This document shows positions 43,101 through 50,756 of a DNA stretch of 59,911 bases, piece after piece. The notes beneath the pieces were generated by a model. That model saw nothing but the letters and a program-made list of their open reading frames with translations, was not told the origin of the DNA and ran no database searches. The number at the start of each line of letters is the position of its first letter. The stretch's first letter is position 1. The position numbers and the translations under genes are program-made. This DNA comes from Minisyncoccota bacterium (lineage in GTDB: Bacteria; Patescibacteriota; Minisyncoccia; Phycocordibacterales; JAQTLZ01), in the NCBI GenBank assembly GCA_028714635.1, contig JAQTLZ010000005.1, positions 1-59,911 on the forward strand, written 5' to 3'.

Positions 43101-44306
43101 TCCATCTTGATCATTTTCAAAGTTTGCATGATTCAAGCCGGCGTTGTGTGCCAATTCATGGATGAAGGTCGCTTCGTCGCCGCTCACGCGCCAAGAAGTT
43201 TTCCCCCCGACAACAGCAAGCCCCGCACAAGCACTGATAGCTTGATCGGCGTTAAAACGATAAGAGACAAAGTCAAACTTATTAGGATCGAAGCCAGCCG
43301 CTATAGCTAATTTTTTAGCATCAGCAGAAGCGAGAGAAAATCCGTTCTTCACCGAAGCATAATAAGACGCAGATTGAGGGAGTACGAAAACTTGAGTGAC
43401 GGTCGGAATGATAGTAAGCCGGCCGAGTGTCTGTCTATTAAGCTCTGCGCTCCAGGCTTTCAAATTTGCAAGTTCGGTAGCAGGATCTTCTGGAATGCCG
43501 CTCGGCTGTTCAGGATATTTAAAAAGAATGTCGAGATAGGTGTGAGTCCCCGTGCTGTGAGCGGGGTCAATTCCAACACCAGCAGTAGCTTTCACATCTC
43601 CGGAAGTAACCGCCAGACCATGCGCAAGCGAATTAAGAACATTTTGAGAAATCGGAGCGACGACAAGTATCCCGCCCTGCATAAGGCCGGTTATAGTGAC
43701 TTGTACCGTGGAATTTATTTCCGGCGCCTCTCCGGTAAATTGAAGGGGTTGTTCGGTACCATCAGAAAGAAGGAGGAAGTATTGATCAGCAATTGGATCA
43801 TTTGGGTCTATCGAGTCGCTGTGGATCTTCTCAAATTTTCCAGTAAGAGTTACCTGCGTCCCATCCGCCGCCACTATAGCAGCAACCGCAGATGGCAAAC
43901 CGTCTATATCGGAAGGAGTAAAAGCTGAATGAATGGCGCGGTAAGGATCCACATTCATAAGGTCAGCGAAAAGCGCCTGGTGTTTTTCGACGAGTGAAGA
44001 GATACTGCTCATTATAGAAGCTGAATTCAGCTCCCCTTCAGGAGAAGATAGGTACTCAGAAAAAGCGAGCAATTCCTGCTTTACGATATCCAAATGTTTG
44101 GAGATAAGGGCGGGATTTTTTGACGTCTCTTGTATCGGAGCAAAAGAATCCCCGACAAGCCTTTCTGTAACTTGGGAGATAGTTTGAAGGCTAAAAATGA
44201 GGATGAGGATGAAAATAATAAAGTGCACCAAAGAGCTCTTCGGATTTTTGTGCCACGAAGCATACGAAGTGTGATTTTCCTGAAGCGTAGTGTGAAGTAT
44301 TTCCAT
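40149..44306 (-). CDS. giant secreted metzincin-like zinc metalloprotease with PKD, PPC-like and Ig-like modules
   Basis: N-terminal anchor or signal. HELAHNAGLNH (HExxHxxGxxH) at 43128-43160, PKD motif WNFGDGTYS...YSVPGTYTVTV, and C-terminal Big_2-like modules. Confidence 0.85.
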   Translation of the reverse strand: MEILHTTLQENHTSYASWHKNPKSSLVHFIIFILILIFSLQTISQVTERLVGDSFAPIQETSKNPALISKHLDIVKQELLAFSEYLSSPEGELNSASIMSSISSLVEKHQALFADLMNVDPYRAIHSAFTPSDIDGLPSAVAAIVAADGTQVTLTGKFEKIHSDSIDPNDPIADQYFLLLSDGTEQPLQFTGEAPEINSTVQVTITGLMQGGILVVAPISQNVLNSLAHGLAVTSGDVKATAGVGIDPAHSTGTHTYLDILFKYPEQPSGIPEDPATELANLKAWSAELNRQTLGRLTIIPTVTQVFVLPQSASYYASVKNGFSLASADAKKLAIAAGFDPNKFDFVSYRFNADQAISACAGLAVVGGKTSWRVSGDEATFIHELAHNAGLNHANFENDQDGAVIGSGYAMEYGDPNDIQGGNMTVGIPPKGFNVAEQAVAHWIDPAQITSLSPSSNSGGTYRIYASDQGAKSGVKYALDVTKDATRHYMVGLLGNIHTVLGSTVINMSAAPNFFTSNGVMLYFTSAPNIEGSALVTTHQSMKKTIIGHLFPDSSAAALLPGETFCDKDTTDGGVCFTLLRRDNSTTPPSADMSVKFGSFPGNQNPNAPVITVPDSVAAYQNATFTATASDPDGDPVTLSWNFGDGTYSTDANATSVSKMYSVPGTYTVTVTAYDGKGGKTQSASKTIAVTSGTPPNDNFANATVLSGATPTGAGSNVGATSEAGEPAEYPGLAGTKKSVWYRWTAPANAHMVLDTAGSRFATMVSIFTGSAVNALSLVADEKPTNGVYHSGQVSWDAVLGTTYNIALYGIDATGAQSAGDFTFAVSTVSQATVDAAVADTPPTIAEPASASPSTTPDNTTQLHVSGADDKGEPSLTYYWTVKSVPSGAHAMFYFVDSIGRVIYASPIGHDAKNLEAIMSGPGQYVFEAHVKDTAGHVVTSDVTVTATAEAEKFTTIAIHPPFATTYPAPATEPLIGKQYYAVALNQRGNPMTTSANISFNWSVNGGATFTSIHTVHAETPGEYTVTASAQGVTGTGILEVLGHDDVVRVNIMRPNNGVSIAVLANSDYQFNAIASNISGVQVVPQPAKHWSVNGGGAIDEATGLLHVGSTLGRYVVSVKTGPQQGITDSVEFVVTNDASLVQTTHTNTPQTPNIPAGAEPAVNSPTVNSLVSGSLPKITSNISSSATVGQAWSYPITASNNPTGFGVTNPASWMSVNTATGVISGTPTGAGTYRLIITATNATGKGSAILTLTIASNGVVANPTPSSSTPTPTPVRSATPTPVPPVADSSQTVAKISISPTSPSVSRGGSQQFTAVVQNANGDVLSTAVHWSTNITSTHRIDANGLFTSDANDPIGSAAIIASVPGTNGTATKFGYTTVKIIAP

Positions 44307-44490
44307 TTTTGTTTTCTTATAAAACTAATAATTTTCTAATAATGCAAAAGGCACGCTTTCGGAAGGAATCGTTTTTACGATTACTCACGAGAACGTGCCT
44401 CTCTCTTACGTTCTATATTACTCTCCCGCTAAACGTATGAAAAGAGTCTAAATGTGGATAACTTTTCTAAATTGAAAAAATCCCGAAATT

Positions 44491-45609
44491 TCAAGCTTTT
44501 TCTAAAGCTTGAATGCCCGGCAAAGTCTCATTTGCAAGGAATTCAAGCATCGCTCCGCCCCCCGTCGAGACGAAAGAAAATTTATCAAAAAGATCGAGCT
44601 CTCGGATTGCCGCCAAAGTATCTCCCCCGCCAACAATCGCTTCCACCCCGCTTTTCACAATCGCTTTCGCGAGAACGAACGTCGGCTCCTTGAAACCTTC
44701 TTCATATTGACCGAGCGGACCATTCCAAAGAATGAACTTTGCTTCTTTGATTTTCTTTTCCAAAATTTCATCTGTCTTCGGTCCAGCGTCCGTCATTTTT
44801 TCCTCTTTTGAAACCGCGTCAGGCGCTTCCACAGAAATTTTTCCCGCATTCTCCACCGTCACATCCTCCGGCAAGATGAGTTTTGGATTCTGAAGTATCG
44901 AAGAAAAATCAATCTTTTCTTCCGAAACCAAAGACTTCCCCGTCTCGTATCCTTCCGCTTTGAAAAGATCGTTCGCAAGTGCACCTCCGATGAACACTGT
45001 ATCAGCGAGTTTTAGAAATTTCTCTACAAGAGGCAATTTGGTTGAGAATTTTGCTCCAGCAAGAATGAAAAGAAATGGATGCGGAGGGTTGAAAGCTCTC
45101 GAAAGATTTTGTACTTCTTCTTCCAAAAGAAGTCCGGCGAACGAAGGAAGATATTTTGGCACTCCGACGATAGATGCGTGGGCGCGATGAGAAGCGGAAA
45201 ACGCTTCGTTCACATAGATTTCTCCGAACTCTGACAAGTCTTTTGCAAATTTTTCGTCATTTGTTGTTTCACCTTCATATCTCCTCACATTCTCTAACAA
45301 AAGAAAATCTCCTTCAGAGAGATTATTATAAATATCTTTTGCTGATTGATCGTAAATATCTTGCGCGAATGAAATTGAGAAAGTTTTTTTCAAATATTCA
45401 AAAACGGGGAGAAGCGTTTTCTCGGTGCTTTCAATGTGACTCATAAGCACAACTTTTGCTCCTTCTTTTTGCAAATACAAAAGAAGCGACAATGTTCTCT
45501 CTATTCGATAATCATCCGTAATACTATTCCCAGAAACAGGAACATTGAAGTCGCACCGGACCAAAACTTTTTTTCCTTTTAGCTGTCCGGCTTCTCGAAT
45601 AGACTTCAT
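44491..45609 (-). CDS. pgk: phosphoglycerate kinase
   Basis: VLVRCDFNVP, SHRAHAS and GGGDT motifs. True start is MKSIREAG at 45609; the MPFFTNR extension comes from a repeat element. Confidence 0.95.
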   Translation of the reverse strand: MKSIREAGQLKGKKVLVRCDFNVPVSGNSITDDYRIERTLSLLLYLQKEGAKVVLMSHIESTEKTLLPVFEYLKKTFSISFAQDIYDQSAKDIYNNLSEGDFLLLENVRRYEGETTNDEKFAKDLSEFGEIYVNEAFSASHRAHASIVGVPKYLPSFAGLLLEEEVQNLSRAFNPPHPFLFILAGAKFSTKLPLVEKFLKLADTVFIGGALANDLFKAEGYETGKSLVSEEKIDFSSILQNPKLILPEDVTVENAGKISVEAPDAVSKEEKMTDAGPKTDEILEKKIKEAKFILWNGPLGQYEEGFKEPTFVLAKAIVKSGVEAIVGGGDTLAAIRELDLFDKFSFVSTGGGAMLEFLANETLPGIQALEKA

Positions 45610-45739
45610 CCTGTTAGTGAAAAATGGCATCGCTCTTTGGAGCGGCTATGCCATTCTCATTATTTACCGCTGTTAAATTCAACCGTTTCATATTTTTGAA
45701 TATTTTATGATTTGCTCCAATGCCATTTTCTACTACGGG
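45610..45739 (-). mobile_element. hairpin-ended element copy B (130 bp, no ORF), abutting the ATG of pgk
   Basis: The terminal ~26 nt on each side are near-identical to copy A. Flanked by a 7-bp direct repeat ACTTCAT (45603-45609 and 45740-45746), which is ATGAAGT on the gene strand. Confidence 0.8.
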
Positions 45740-45749
45740 ACTTCATTGA

Positions 45750-46514
45750 TTATTTGGATGCATTAGCAACTTTTAAAATCGTACCGAAATTTTTGGGGTT
45801 GAGAGATTCTCGTCCAACCAAAAGCCCGTCTACTTCTCCTGCGAGAAGGAGAAGCTCCACATTTTCTGTATTCACCGTGCCTCCGTAAATAACAGGAATT
45901 TTAACAACAGCGCTCGGGCCAAAAAATTCTGAAAGGACTTTCCGAATATAAATTTTCATTTGGTGGAGGTCTCTCGGTAAAATTGCATTCTCCGCTCCGA
46001 TCGCCCACACAGGTTCATATGCAATAAGCATATTTGGCAAAGCTTTTTTCGAAACGCCTTGTAATCCTAAATGAATTTGACTCTTCACGAATTCGAGAAA
46101 ATGCCCGTCGTGGCCGCGTTCTTTTTCTCCAACACAGAAAATCACTTTAAGCCCAGCGCCCAAACTCGCGAGAATCTTTTTATTAATTAGATCGTCTGTC
46201 TCGCCGGCATTTCTCCTTTCGGAGTGACCGATAATGATATATTCCGCACCGGTATTTTTAATCATAAGAGGAGAGAGAAAACCCGTATATGAACCGCTCG
46301 ATTCAAAAGAAGAAGTATCCTGAGCGCCCAAAACAATATCGCTTCGGGAAGACTTTGCGACAAGGTCGGAAAGATAGAGAACGGGAGGACAAATTACTGT
46401 GTTTACTTTTTTACACTCGGAGGCAATTTTTTTTATTTTCGAGAAAATCGCCCGAGCTTCAGGAAGAGTCTCTGGGTTCATTTTCCAGTTGCCGATAACA
46501 ATTTTTTTCGCCAT
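45750..46514 (-). CDS. tpiA: triosephosphate isomerase
   Basis: GNWKMN, GHSERR, AYEPVWAIG and YGG motifs. Start set at MAKKIVIGNWKMN; a start at 46523 is also possible. Confidence 0.93.
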   Translation of the reverse strand: MAKKIVIGNWKMNPETLPEARAIFSKIKKIASECKKVNTVICPPVLYLSDLVAKSSRSDIVLGAQDTSSFESSGSYTGFLSPLMIKNTGAEYIIIGHSERRNAGETDDLINKKILASLGAGLKVIFCVGEKERGHDGHFLEFVKSQIHLGLQGVSKKALPNMLIAYEPVWAIGAENAILPRDLHQMKIYIRKVLSEFFGPSAVVKIPVIYGGTVNTENVELLLLAGEVDGLLVGRESLNPKNFGTILKVANASK

Positions 46515-46545
46515 AACGTTCATTGTAGCACGTCTGGACAAAGAG

Positions 46546-47988
46546 CTAAATCTCGCGCCATTTTTTAATTTTCCAAGTCCCCCCGGGCCCAGAAGTAAAC
46601 AAAGTTTGGGCAAGTCCGATAGAATAGATAACTTCGGTGTTGTTAATAAGAGTAAGTTTGTAAGCGGTCACCTCGCGTAGCGCTACGTTATTTTCGAGCT
46701 TGATCTGGCCATGTGAAGCATACGTCAAGAGATTTCCAGCAGCGCCGTTTACAAAATCCATTGCCAGAACAGAACCGCCTTGTTCCGCGCTCTTATTCAT
46801 TGAAATAAGCATTACGTATGAATCCGCATTTCCTGTCGAACCGTAAAAATTCGAATTCCCAGTGGCAACAATTTTGCTGGATGTAGTCTGCGCAGAGGGA
46901 TTGTCAGCGATAACAGGAACACTCTTATCTCCAACTGGATCAGCTACTTTCATCTGCACTCCTGTTCCCCCGGTACCACTGATTGTGATGTTCCCTGTGA
47001 CCCACACTGCTCCAGCGACTATAACCGTCGTACCATTTCCACTTATGGTCAAATCGCAAGGAATCTTTTTCGGTCCTATAGTCACATTTGAGGTTATCGT
47101 ATAGCTTCCATTTGTGCAGGTTGCGGTTCCCCCGGCTGCCGCGTCGCTCTCCCATTGGCTTATGAGACTGTCGGGAATTGGAAAATCTATAAGTGGTTGG
47201 TCGGCACTTCCCGGATGAGTTGTCCCAGAAATAGTTGAATTCGTAAAAGTTGAAGCATAATAAGCGCTTCCGCCAATAGTCGTGTGATCAATCGAATGAG
47301 CATAAAGACTCGAACTTGCGTGGACGTCGCTTATAAAACCAGAGGGGCCAGCCGAAACTGCAGAACCTTCAATAAAATTATAGCTGTTGGGATTGCTACT
47401 CCCGCCCTGAATAATACCGTTCGAATATACATTGCCGAGGACAAGAGAACCGTTATTCATATAAAGCCCTCCAACACCAGTCTGTACGCCGAAATTAAAA
47501 GAGAAACCATCTGTAACCGTAATATCTTTCACGACTGTTCGAATATAATTAGAAGCATTACCGCTTGCGGTAATTTCCTCTTCGTTTATGCCCGTTGTTG
47601 CAAGTGTGACCGTGGTTGTCGCTGTGCCAAGTACCAGCGTTTCCGGAAACGACGTCGTAAGATTATTTTTAATTCTATAGTACGCATCCTCACTTCCCGC
47701 TTCTGCGGCAAAATAACTCTGCCGAGATAAATGTAGTCCCACTACAATGCGGATTTGGCGGATAACAGGGGTGGTGACGCCAAGCACAATCACCAAGGCG
47801 ATGAGCATAAAAAATATCACGGCAACCATAACCGCTTGCCCGCGCACCAAGTTTGATTTTTTATAATTCTTCCGAGAAAAAAGTTCTGAAAAATATCCGT
47901 AATTCTTTTTCAAAGCTGGCAAGATAAAACTTGGTGCATGGGCTTGCCCGCGCTTTCTCGATATTTTTTTGTAATTGTATAACTTCAT
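46546..47988 (-). CDS. pilus-associated large protein with PilX_N-like anchor
   Basis: N-terminal RGQAVMVAVIFFMLIALVIVLG resembles a PilX N-terminal segment. Gly/Ser/Thr-rich beta-rich body. Last gene of the pilin gene run. Confidence 0.55.
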   Translation of the reverse strand: MKLYNYKKISRKRGQAHAPSFILPALKKNYGYFSELFSRKNYKKSNLVRGQAVMVAVIFFMLIALVIVLGVTTPVIRQIRIVVGLHLSRQSYFAAEAGSEDAYYRIKNNLTTSFPETLVLGTATTTVTLATTGINEEEITASGNASNYIRTVVKDITVTDGFSFNFGVQTGVGGLYMNNGSLVLGNVYSNGIIQGGSSNPNSYNFIEGSAVSAGPSGFISDVHASSSLYAHSIDHTTIGGSAYYASTFTNSTISGTTHPGSADQPLIDFPIPDSLISQWESDAAAGGTATCTNGSYTITSNVTIGPKKIPCDLTISGNGTTVIVAGAVWVTGNITISGTGGTGVQMKVADPVGDKSVPVIADNPSAQTTSSKIVATGNSNFYGSTGNADSYVMLISMNKSAEQGGSVLAMDFVNGAAGNLLTYASHGQIKLENNVALREVTAYKLTLINNTEVIYSIGLAQTLFTSGPGGTWKIKKWREI

Positions 47989-47994
47989 TGATGT

Positions 47995-48546
47995 TTATTG
48001 GAGAGGATAGGAACCTCGAAGTACGGCAGTGTCCTGGAAAGATGCTTGTTTGTAACTTGTGCTTGTACCGCTTTCAACCGTCATTGAAATTTTGACCGCT
48101 TCCGAGAGCGACGTGGTAACTCTCTGGAAGGTAAGACTGGTGACCCGGGCAGAAGAGCGCGTCAGAGCTCCCTGATCCGTGCCATTCTCTTTTACGTGAA
48201 GCGTCTGACTTGTCACGAAAAATTGCACGGTACTCGTAGCTCCGCTCGCATTCGTAGTATTTAAAAGAAGCACTCCTGGCGAAGAGTTGAGAGTACTCCC
48301 CGATATGTCGATGCTTTTTGCGTCGTGGATCTCCCGAGTCATCCGCTCAAATCCATCAATCGCAGAATTTTCTACGTTGCGCCCGGATTGAAGAAGTCGG
48401 AAAGAGCGAGAGAAAGCAATCATAGCAGTAACAACAGCTGTCAAAAGAATTACAAGAATGAAAATATACACAAGTGTCTCGATGAGAGTCGCTCCCCCCT
48501 TTCTCTGTGCTTCTTTTCCTTTTTTACGAAAAAATAAAATGGGCAT
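47995..48546 (-). CDS. type IV pilin-like (pseudopilin) protein
   Basis: Class III signal RKGG-ATLIETLVYIFILVILL. Confidence 0.75.
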   Translation of the reverse strand: MPILFFRKKGKEAQRKGGATLIETLVYIFILVILLTAVVTAMIAFSRSFRLLQSGRNVENSAIDGFERMTREIHDAKSIDISGSTLNSSPGVLLLNTTNASGATSTVQFFVTSQTLHVKENGTDQGALTRSSARVTSLTFQRVTTSLSEAVKISMTVESGTSTSYKQASFQDTAVLRGSYPLQ

Positions 48547-48549
48547 ACA

Positions 48550-49032
48550 TTAATTGCTAAAAATATTTGTAAGATAGGTCTGAATGGACTCTGTTGAGGT
48601 AGCGTTATGATCTTTCCATGAAACAGTCACGGTGAAAAGTTTTGTCTTAGGATCAAGCGTTCCGCTTCCCGCTATATCCTGCGAACCATTCCGATACACA
48701 TTCGAAATCCTGAATTTTCTATAGAAAATAGAATTTATGACGGAAGAAGTCGTAGTTGCCGTGTAACTCGTGCCATTAAAAGTAAGATAATAGTCTGTAT
48801 TTGTCGAAAGAGTCTGGATGTTTGCCGTCCACCCGCCGTCACGGAGCAACCGTATCGCCTCCAACCCTTCTTCTTCCAAAAAAGTCGCTTGAATTTTCGA
48901 AGTGTTCGCAAGCGAGGCTTTGAGTATGAGAGAGAGGGCGGTAGAAAGTCCAAGCAAAACTACGAGAAAAATACTTGCCCCGATGAGGACCTCCACCACT
49001 GTTATTCCTTTTTGAATTTTGACGTTCGACAT
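48550..49032 (-). CDS. type IV pilin-like (pseudopilin) protein
   Basis: Class III signal QKG-ITVVEVLIGASIFLVVLL. Confidence 0.75.
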   Translation of the reverse strand: MSNVKIQKGITVVEVLIGASIFLVVLLGLSTALSLILKASLANTSKIQATFLEEEGLEAIRLLRDGGWTANIQTLSTNTDYYLTFNGTSYTATTTSSVINSIFYRKFRISNVYRNGSQDIAGSGTLDPKTKLFTVTVSWKDHNATSTESIQTYLTNIFSN

Positions 49033-49037
49033 AATAA

Positions 49038-49517
49038 CTATTGTATTTGAGAGAGACCCGTACCGGCAATAGAAATGATTTTTGTCGAAGATGCTCCCGT
49101 GAGAGAAAGCGTGACGGTGCCCGAAACTGAGGTTTTTCCAGAAAGTCTCTGGAAAACAACGTTAGACGTCCCGCCCGTCAGGCTTATTGTACTTATCTGT
49201 ACGCGGGGATTGAAGATCACTGAAATGTTGGAAGCGTTTCCCGAACTATACGTTGCACCGGTGAAAAGAGTGGCTTTCGTGGTTTCAAAATGCACTCCAT
49301 ACTGGGTAGCTCCTTTTGAACCAAGGGTGTCCGCGCGGGCTTTTTCTAGAAGCGACAAAACAGAAAGTGTGTCCGTTTCTAACGTCTTACTCTGGCGTAG
49401 GGAAGAAAATGAAGAGAATGTGAGGGACGCGATAATTGCGAAGATGGCAATGACGACCAAGAATTCAAGAACGGAAAAACCTTTTTGAGCGGGAAAATTG
49501 TTTGAAAAAAGTTTCAT
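49038..49517 (-). CDS. type IV pilin-like protein (GspH/FimT-like)
   Basis: Class III signal AQKG-FSVLEFLVVIAIFAII. Its start overlaps the pilC stop as TAATG. Confidence 0.8.
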   Translation of the reverse strand: MKLFSNNFPAQKGFSVLEFLVVIAIFAIIASLTFSSFSSLRQSKTLETDTLSVLSLLEKARADTLGSKGATQYGVHFETTKATLFTGATYSSGNASNISVIFNPRVQISTISLTGGTSNVVFQRLSGKTSVSGTVTLSLTGASSTKIISIAGTGLSQIQ

Positions 49518-50746
49518 TATGAAATATGACTAACCAAAGAATAAATCGGGGAAAGGATTGAAACAGCGAAGAATCCTACGGCCACTCCGACAATGACCAT
49601 AAGAAACGGCTCAATGATTGTGGACATATCCTTCGTCTTTTGATCAACGTCTTCTTCGTAAAAAGCTGCCACCTCAAGAAGCATTTGCGAAAGTTTTCCC
49701 GTCTCTTCCCCAACAGAGACCATTTCTGCGACAAAAACAGGATAGAGTTTTTCCTGCGCAGAAAAAGCGCTAGAGATGCTCTCGCCTTTCTCTATTCGTA
49801 TCTCGGCAGCCTTAAGCACTGCTTTGTAATATGAATTTTGAATAACATCGGCTGTGATAGAGACCGCGCTGATTACTTCCACACCCGCAGAAAGAAGAGA
49901 GGAAAGAGTCCGGGTCGTGCGCGCGGAATTTACTTCTCGAGTCAAAGTTGCAAGAAAAGGAAAATGGAGAAGAATAAAATCCATCATCCGTTTTCCTGTC
50001 CTTGTTCTTAGGAAACTCACAAGAGTAATGACAATTCCAAGAAAGACCCCGAGAGAAAGCAGAAAATGATTGACCAAAACGTCGCTGATACCGATGATAA
50101 TCCTTGTGGTCAAAGGCAGTTCTCCCCCAAGATCTTTGAAGGTGCTCGCGAGCGTCGGAACCACGAAGACGAACATAAGCACAGCAATGATCATCATCAC
50201 GGTAACAATAATAGCCGGATAAATCATCGCCCCTTTTATTTTCTTCTGGAGAAGATACACTCTTTCAATCTGATTGGCGATGACTTTCAAAGATTCGTCG
50301 AGATTCCCGCTTTCCTCGCCGGCTTTCGTCATATAAATAAAAACGGGAGAAAACACTTTGGGGAATTTTTTCATTCCCTCGCTCAAGCTCATACCCCGGC
50401 TCACGTCGCTTCGAAGACTTGCCACCACCGTTTTGAGTTTTCCACTCTTGGACTGGCGGGAGATGACGTCCAAGGCGCGGGAAAGCGAGAGCCCGCCCTT
50501 CATCATTGCGCCCAAATTTCGGGCGAGCATAATCTGGTCGTGAACGCCCACAGATCCGAAAGAATCGCTTACGCGCGATACAAGTCCGGAAAGAGCATTA
50601 TTGCTTTTCGAGACAGAATTAGCAGAGAATATAGTTTGGCCTTCTTTTTTCAAATCCCGGTACAAGGCAAATTTATCAGTCGCCTCTCGTTCTCCTTCGT
50701 ATATATCTCCAGATATACTCTGTGCTCTAAAATGAAATGTGGGCAT
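49517..50746 (-). CDS. pilC: type IV pilus platform protein PilC (GspF family)
   Basis: Two GspF-type repeats and three TM segments. Start set at MPTFHFRAQS. Confidence 0.9.
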   Translation of the reverse strand: MPTFHFRAQSISGDIYEGEREATDKFALYRDLKKEGQTIFSANSVSKSNNALSGLVSRVSDSFGSVGVHDQIMLARNLGAMMKGGLSLSRALDVISRQSKSGKLKTVVASLRSDVSRGMSLSEGMKKFPKVFSPVFIYMTKAGEESGNLDESLKVIANQIERVYLLQKKIKGAMIYPAIIVTVMMIIAVLMFVFVVPTLASTFKDLGGELPLTTRIIIGISDVLVNHFLLSLGVFLGIVITLVSFLRTRTGKRMMDFILLHFPFLATLTREVNSARTTRTLSSLLSAGVEVISAVSITADVIQNSYYKAVLKAAEIRIEKGESISSAFSAQEKLYPVFVAEMVSVGEETGKLSQMLLEVAAFYEEDVDQKTKDMSTIIEPFLMVIVGVAVGFFAVSILSPIYSLVSHIS

Positions 50747-50756
50747 AAAAATAAAT

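Noticed and set aside
44350-44400. Nested inverted repeat (aggcacg...cgtgcct with inner aatcgt-tttt-acgatt) between pgk and the metzincin-like gene as another element family
   Set aside because: It is a single copy. The minus strand reads hairpin plus TTTTGC, consistent with an ordinary pgk terminator.
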